Shown: one piece after another, positions 60,601 to 64,000 of the stretch
Numbering within the stretch: the stretch's first letter is position 1
Layout: each line of letters starts with the position of its first letter
Assembly (NCBI GenBank): GCA_001179505.1
Contig: CDMY01000457.1
Span: 1-64,000, forward strand
Length of the DNA: 64,000 nt
Direction of reading: 5' to 3'
Origin: Vitrella brassicaformis CCMP3155
Lineage: Eukaryota > Protista > Chromerida
Translations under genes and position numbers: made by a program
Notes under the pieces: model-generated
Told to the model about the DNA's origin: nothing
What the model saw: the letters and a program-made list of their open reading frames with translations, nothing else
Database searches by the model: none

Positions 60601-63338
60601 TGCTCCCAGAAGTTAAACTGACCACACACACACACACACACATGGACGTATGAGCGTGTGTGTGGCTAGTTGGGGGTGGGGGTGTGGGGGGTGAGGTGGG
60701 GGTGTACCCTGTGTCCGCTTCTGGATCTGTGCAGGAGGTAGATGGCGGCGTCGTAGGTGCTCATGGTGACGTAGCCAGTGTGGCACGGCTGGTTCCACCC
60801 CGAGTGCCCGTTGGGGTTCGTCTGCATACGCTTAACATGACCAAAATCTAGCCACACAAACAATCAGGGAGAGACGAGCAATGAGAACAGGTGCCGCCTT
60901 GGGTGCGTCTGCATGTGTTCCGCTTGTTGCCGGCGCGTACCGTCGGCCCACTTCTGTATTTCGTTTGCGAAGGCGTTGCGCATCTCCAGGTGCTCGCGGT
61001 CCTCCTCCGGCACGAACGAACACCAGACGGTGCGATCCTCCTCTGCAGACCGCACACGTAAAGACATGCCGCTTTCTCATCGTGTGCGTTGATTTGTGTG
61101 TGTGGACAAGGGCGTGTGCGCGTACCAGTAGGGTTCTTCTTGCGCGCCGCGATCTCCTCCTCGTTGGCTGAGGGAACGAAGCGCCCTCACACACATACAC
61201 CGCAGATAGAGAGATGTGGATGCGCGTGTGTGGGTGTGCTATGTACTCAACATTCATCCACCCATCCCACGTGTGCGTACGTTTGTGTGGGGCGGGTGCG
61301 GTTCTTTCGCTAACTAGCTCTATGATCTCGCGCAGCACGTCGGTGCGCTTCTGGAAGTCGTCGTAGTCCTCCAACTGCACAGACCTGAACACATCACCCA
61401 CCCCACGCGCCCACATATCAAACACGTCTGAGAAGCATGGCCTCCCTCCCTCCCTCCCTCCCTCCCTCCCCCCTCTCTCATCGCTCGGCTACTCACCCCC
61501 AGTGTCCCGTTTTGCCTCTGTAGTCGTTGCCGTGCACAGACATCTTGCCCTTGCGGGCGAGCTGCTGCTTCATGACCGTAAGCTTGGTCAGCGTGTGGCT
61601 CGGCACGAGCATCGACGACCACTGCTCGTGGTACCCCTGCTCACGGCAATACTCCAACATCAACCTACTCACACAGGAAGACCACATCCATCCACGGGGG
61701 TGTACGTGTGTGTCTTGGTGTGCCGGTGTGTGTGGCAACTGACACTATGGATCCCATGAGGGTGTCTTTGACGTCATTGTCCTTGTTGGTGGCGCCAAAG
61801 ACGACGATGGCGCTGTTGCCGGAGTCCTGTTTCTCCTCTACGCCGAAGAGTGCGGCAGGGTTCTTGACGAGGCAGTACCGGAGGCAGCCCGAGCGGTGCA
61901 TGCTCGACACCGTGTCCTTGGTGTAGAACTCCACCGCCTTGGCCGTCATGACGTCCACCATCAGGAATATCGCATACAGCGGCTGGCGCAACATCTCCTC
62001 TATGCTCAGAGACTGACGCATACACACGACACACACCAACACAGTGCAAGAACGGATTGCCCGTCATGGATTCCATGGATGTGTGTGTGCACGCGTACCT
62101 TGGCCCCACTCGCCTCCCGACCAGCCGCACTGTTCTGCAACGCGATGGCGTCAGGCACGTCGCCACCCACTATCAGTGCCTCGATGGTGGCGCGCGACTC
62201 GGGATCCATTGTGGGGTCGTCCAGCGCCTTCAAGTAAGTGGCGCGGTCGCCAGCAACAGCCGACGACGCGTGGGTCGATGGCGTGGGTGGTGGCGGGTGA
62301 GCGGGCTTGGGAGGCGGTAGGAACGCCCCCTGCTGCTGCTGTTGTTGCTGCTGTTGCTGCTGTTTGGCTGGTGCGGGGGGTGGGTGAGCGGGGCGGTTGT
62401 TCGGGACGATGCTGGTGGGTGTCGCAACCTCGTCAACGCCTGAACATAACACAACATACAATACAACACAAACATCACACAACACGATGATGTTGACCGC
62501 GTTGGGCTGCGTTTCCGAGCTTCTGACCTCGCTTGACCCCCGTGGGTGGCTGGGGTGGCGGGTGTGAGGGAGGGGGCTGGATGTTGGGCACACTGGGTGC
62601 CTGCTGCTGGGGGGGCTGCAGCTGCTGTTGCTGTTGCTGCTGTTGTGGTGGCTGACGGGGTGTGGGTGCGGGGACCTTGGGGAGCACTGGGTGAGAGGCA
62701 CCCGCCTTGGCTACTGGGTTGATCGATGCACCTTCCTGCACACACGACACCACATGGAGGGTGATTCGCATCCCACATCCATTTATGTGTTCACCCACCC
62801 CCCCACTCACCTTTCTGAAAACGATCTGCATGAGTTGGTCCACCTTCCTATCCACCTCCCCCAGCCGCTTGTCCATCCCACGCACACACCCCTCAACCAC
62901 ACGACGAATGGCCTCCTCCAGCTCGGGCAGCGTCATCGTCCCCACAATCCCGCTCGATGGGCTGCTGGTGACGCTCGCATGGTGCCCCTTGCGGCCGTTG
63001 CTGCCGGCTGGAGGGGTGAAGGCGGCCTCTCCGTTGAGGTCGGCGTAGGGGCTCTGCCGCTGGTCGGTCCCGACATGGTACTGCTGCTGCTGCTGTGCTG
63101 CCTGCTCCTGCTGCTGGTCGGGGTAGACGTCGCCGTACTCGGGCGGCTGCCGCTGCTGTTGCGCGTAGTACTGCAGGTAGTCGGCGTCATACGCGTTGCC
63201 GTGTGCCTGTCCGTGAGAGGAGGGCGTGAATGGGGCGGCTTCGCTGTTCATGCAGTGGCCGCTGTCGTCATTGGAGGTGGTACGGTGGCCCTGATAGCCG
63301 TGGTCATATGCGCCGTATGACCCAGAATAGGGATCCAT
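57700..63338 (-). CDS. 17-exon protein: PAM2-like motifs, Q/P-rich regions, divergent RRM, RGG/His-rich region, catalytically inactive USP-like domain
   Basis: All traced GT-AG joins keep frame; one intron contains the N gap. RRM: DRTVWCSFVP...DFGHVKRM...TGYVTMSTYDAAIYLL...QQVEFKP. USP-like boxes: AFNALLPLFL, DFLLRGLHEEM, SALRRMFSV, LPPWWFVFL, YDLITY, WRACRGDIV, QVLLFS. Confidence 0.75.
58825..59124. other. Assembly gap (300 N) inside an intron of the pseudo-USP gene
   Basis: N run next to a (CT)n tract. Confidence 0.95.
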
Positions 63339-63584
63339 CTTGTGCGCGCTTGCGCCGAAAGGGGAGATGTGGCAAAACCAGAGGCGAAACGGGCGCTGAG
63401 CTACATGAAAACTGCCGAAATGCGTCTAATCCTCCCCTCGACGAGCTCCTGCGAGCTTGAAGCCAAAAGAGGAGTGGTTTTTCGTTGCTGAGGTTTAGAT
63501 GGAGGTGAAGTTTGGAGCATAGTGGACATCACAGCGTCCTCACAGCGTAGATCTCTCTCACTATCATCCTGGCCGCACCAGATC

Positions 63585-64000
63585 ATGCGCGTTGTCCGTG
63601 TGATTGCATTCATCCTCGCTGCCGGAGCACATGGGGCTGCCACAGGGCCCAACTCGCCCTCGCCAAACCGCCCACAGCCACCAACCAGCAGCGTACCGAA
63701 GGTTTTCCACGCAAGACAGGTGCAAGGCTGCAGCCACTATGTGCAGACAATTGTGTTGGTTGTCCTTTTCAGGCGTTGGATGGCAACCTGCGGCAGGTCG
63801 CGTGGATTGGCGGCGAACTGCCAGACAAGTGCAACCAAGAGTAAGAGGGAACAAGGAGCAACACAACAGACTTGTACTCGCTACGTATACGCCCTTTCCT
63901 TGATCAGGTGTCGTTCGTCGTGTCTGGCTAACGCAGCCCTCCGCCCCTCGACCACAGACGACTGCCTCTTCCGCTGCTCATGCCTTGCCACACCTTCACG
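63585..64000 (+). CDS. 5' part of a secreted Cys-rich protein (absent from the ORF track; runs off the window)
   Basis: Exons 63585-63719, 63773-63840 and 63908->64000 splice in frame to MRVVRVIAFILAAGAHGAATG...RQ|ALDGNLRQVAWIGGELPDKCNQE|CRSSCLANAALRPSTTDDCLFRCSCLATPS. Confidence 0.7.
   Translation, partial: MRVVRVIAFILAAGAHGAATGPNSPSPNRPQPPTSSVPKVFHARQVQGCSHYVQTIVLVVLFRRWMATCGRSRGLAANCQTSATKSKREQGATQQTCTRYVYALSLIRCRSSCLANAALRPSTTDDCLFRCSCLATPS

Noticed and set aside
1-64000. Autonomous transposon, retroelement, viral gene, rRNA or tRNA
   Set aside because: I recognised no RT, integrase, transposase, RepHel or capsid motifs and no rRNA/tRNA signature. A covariance-model scan (tRNAscan-SE/Infernal) is needed to exclude small ncRNAs.

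Overview
Intron-rich, GC-rich eukaryotic genomic DNA with short introns full of (CA)/(GT)n and (ATCC)n microsatellites and two 300-N assembly gaps. The style and the lineage-expanded gene families suggest a chromerid alveolate such as Vitrella brassicaformis (inference, not confirmed by a search). I reconstructed about 15 spliced genes by hand. Recognisable genes: NPL4-like (with an unexpected N-terminal hydrophobic leader), AK8-like dual adenylate kinase, Kir-type K+ channel, RRP5, and a very large SRPK-like kinase. Less standard genes: a GDXG/HSL-fold hydrolase lacking the canonical nucleophile, two ~8 kb paralogous LRR-like/coiled-coil/RING E3 genes plus a third truncated family member, two F-box-like expanded-family genes, a frameshifted divergent protein kinase, a secreted Cys-rich protein cut by the window edge, and a 17-exon gene combining PAM2-like motifs, Q-rich regions, an RRM, RGG boxes and a catalytically dead USP domain. 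The best leads are that RRM/pseudo-USP gene, the possibly plastid-targeted (SELMA-like) Npl4, and several enzymes with altered catalytic motifs. I found no rRNA, tRNA, CRISPR array or recognisable transposase/RT. All exon models and domain calls are by eye and need RNA-seq and HMM confirmation.
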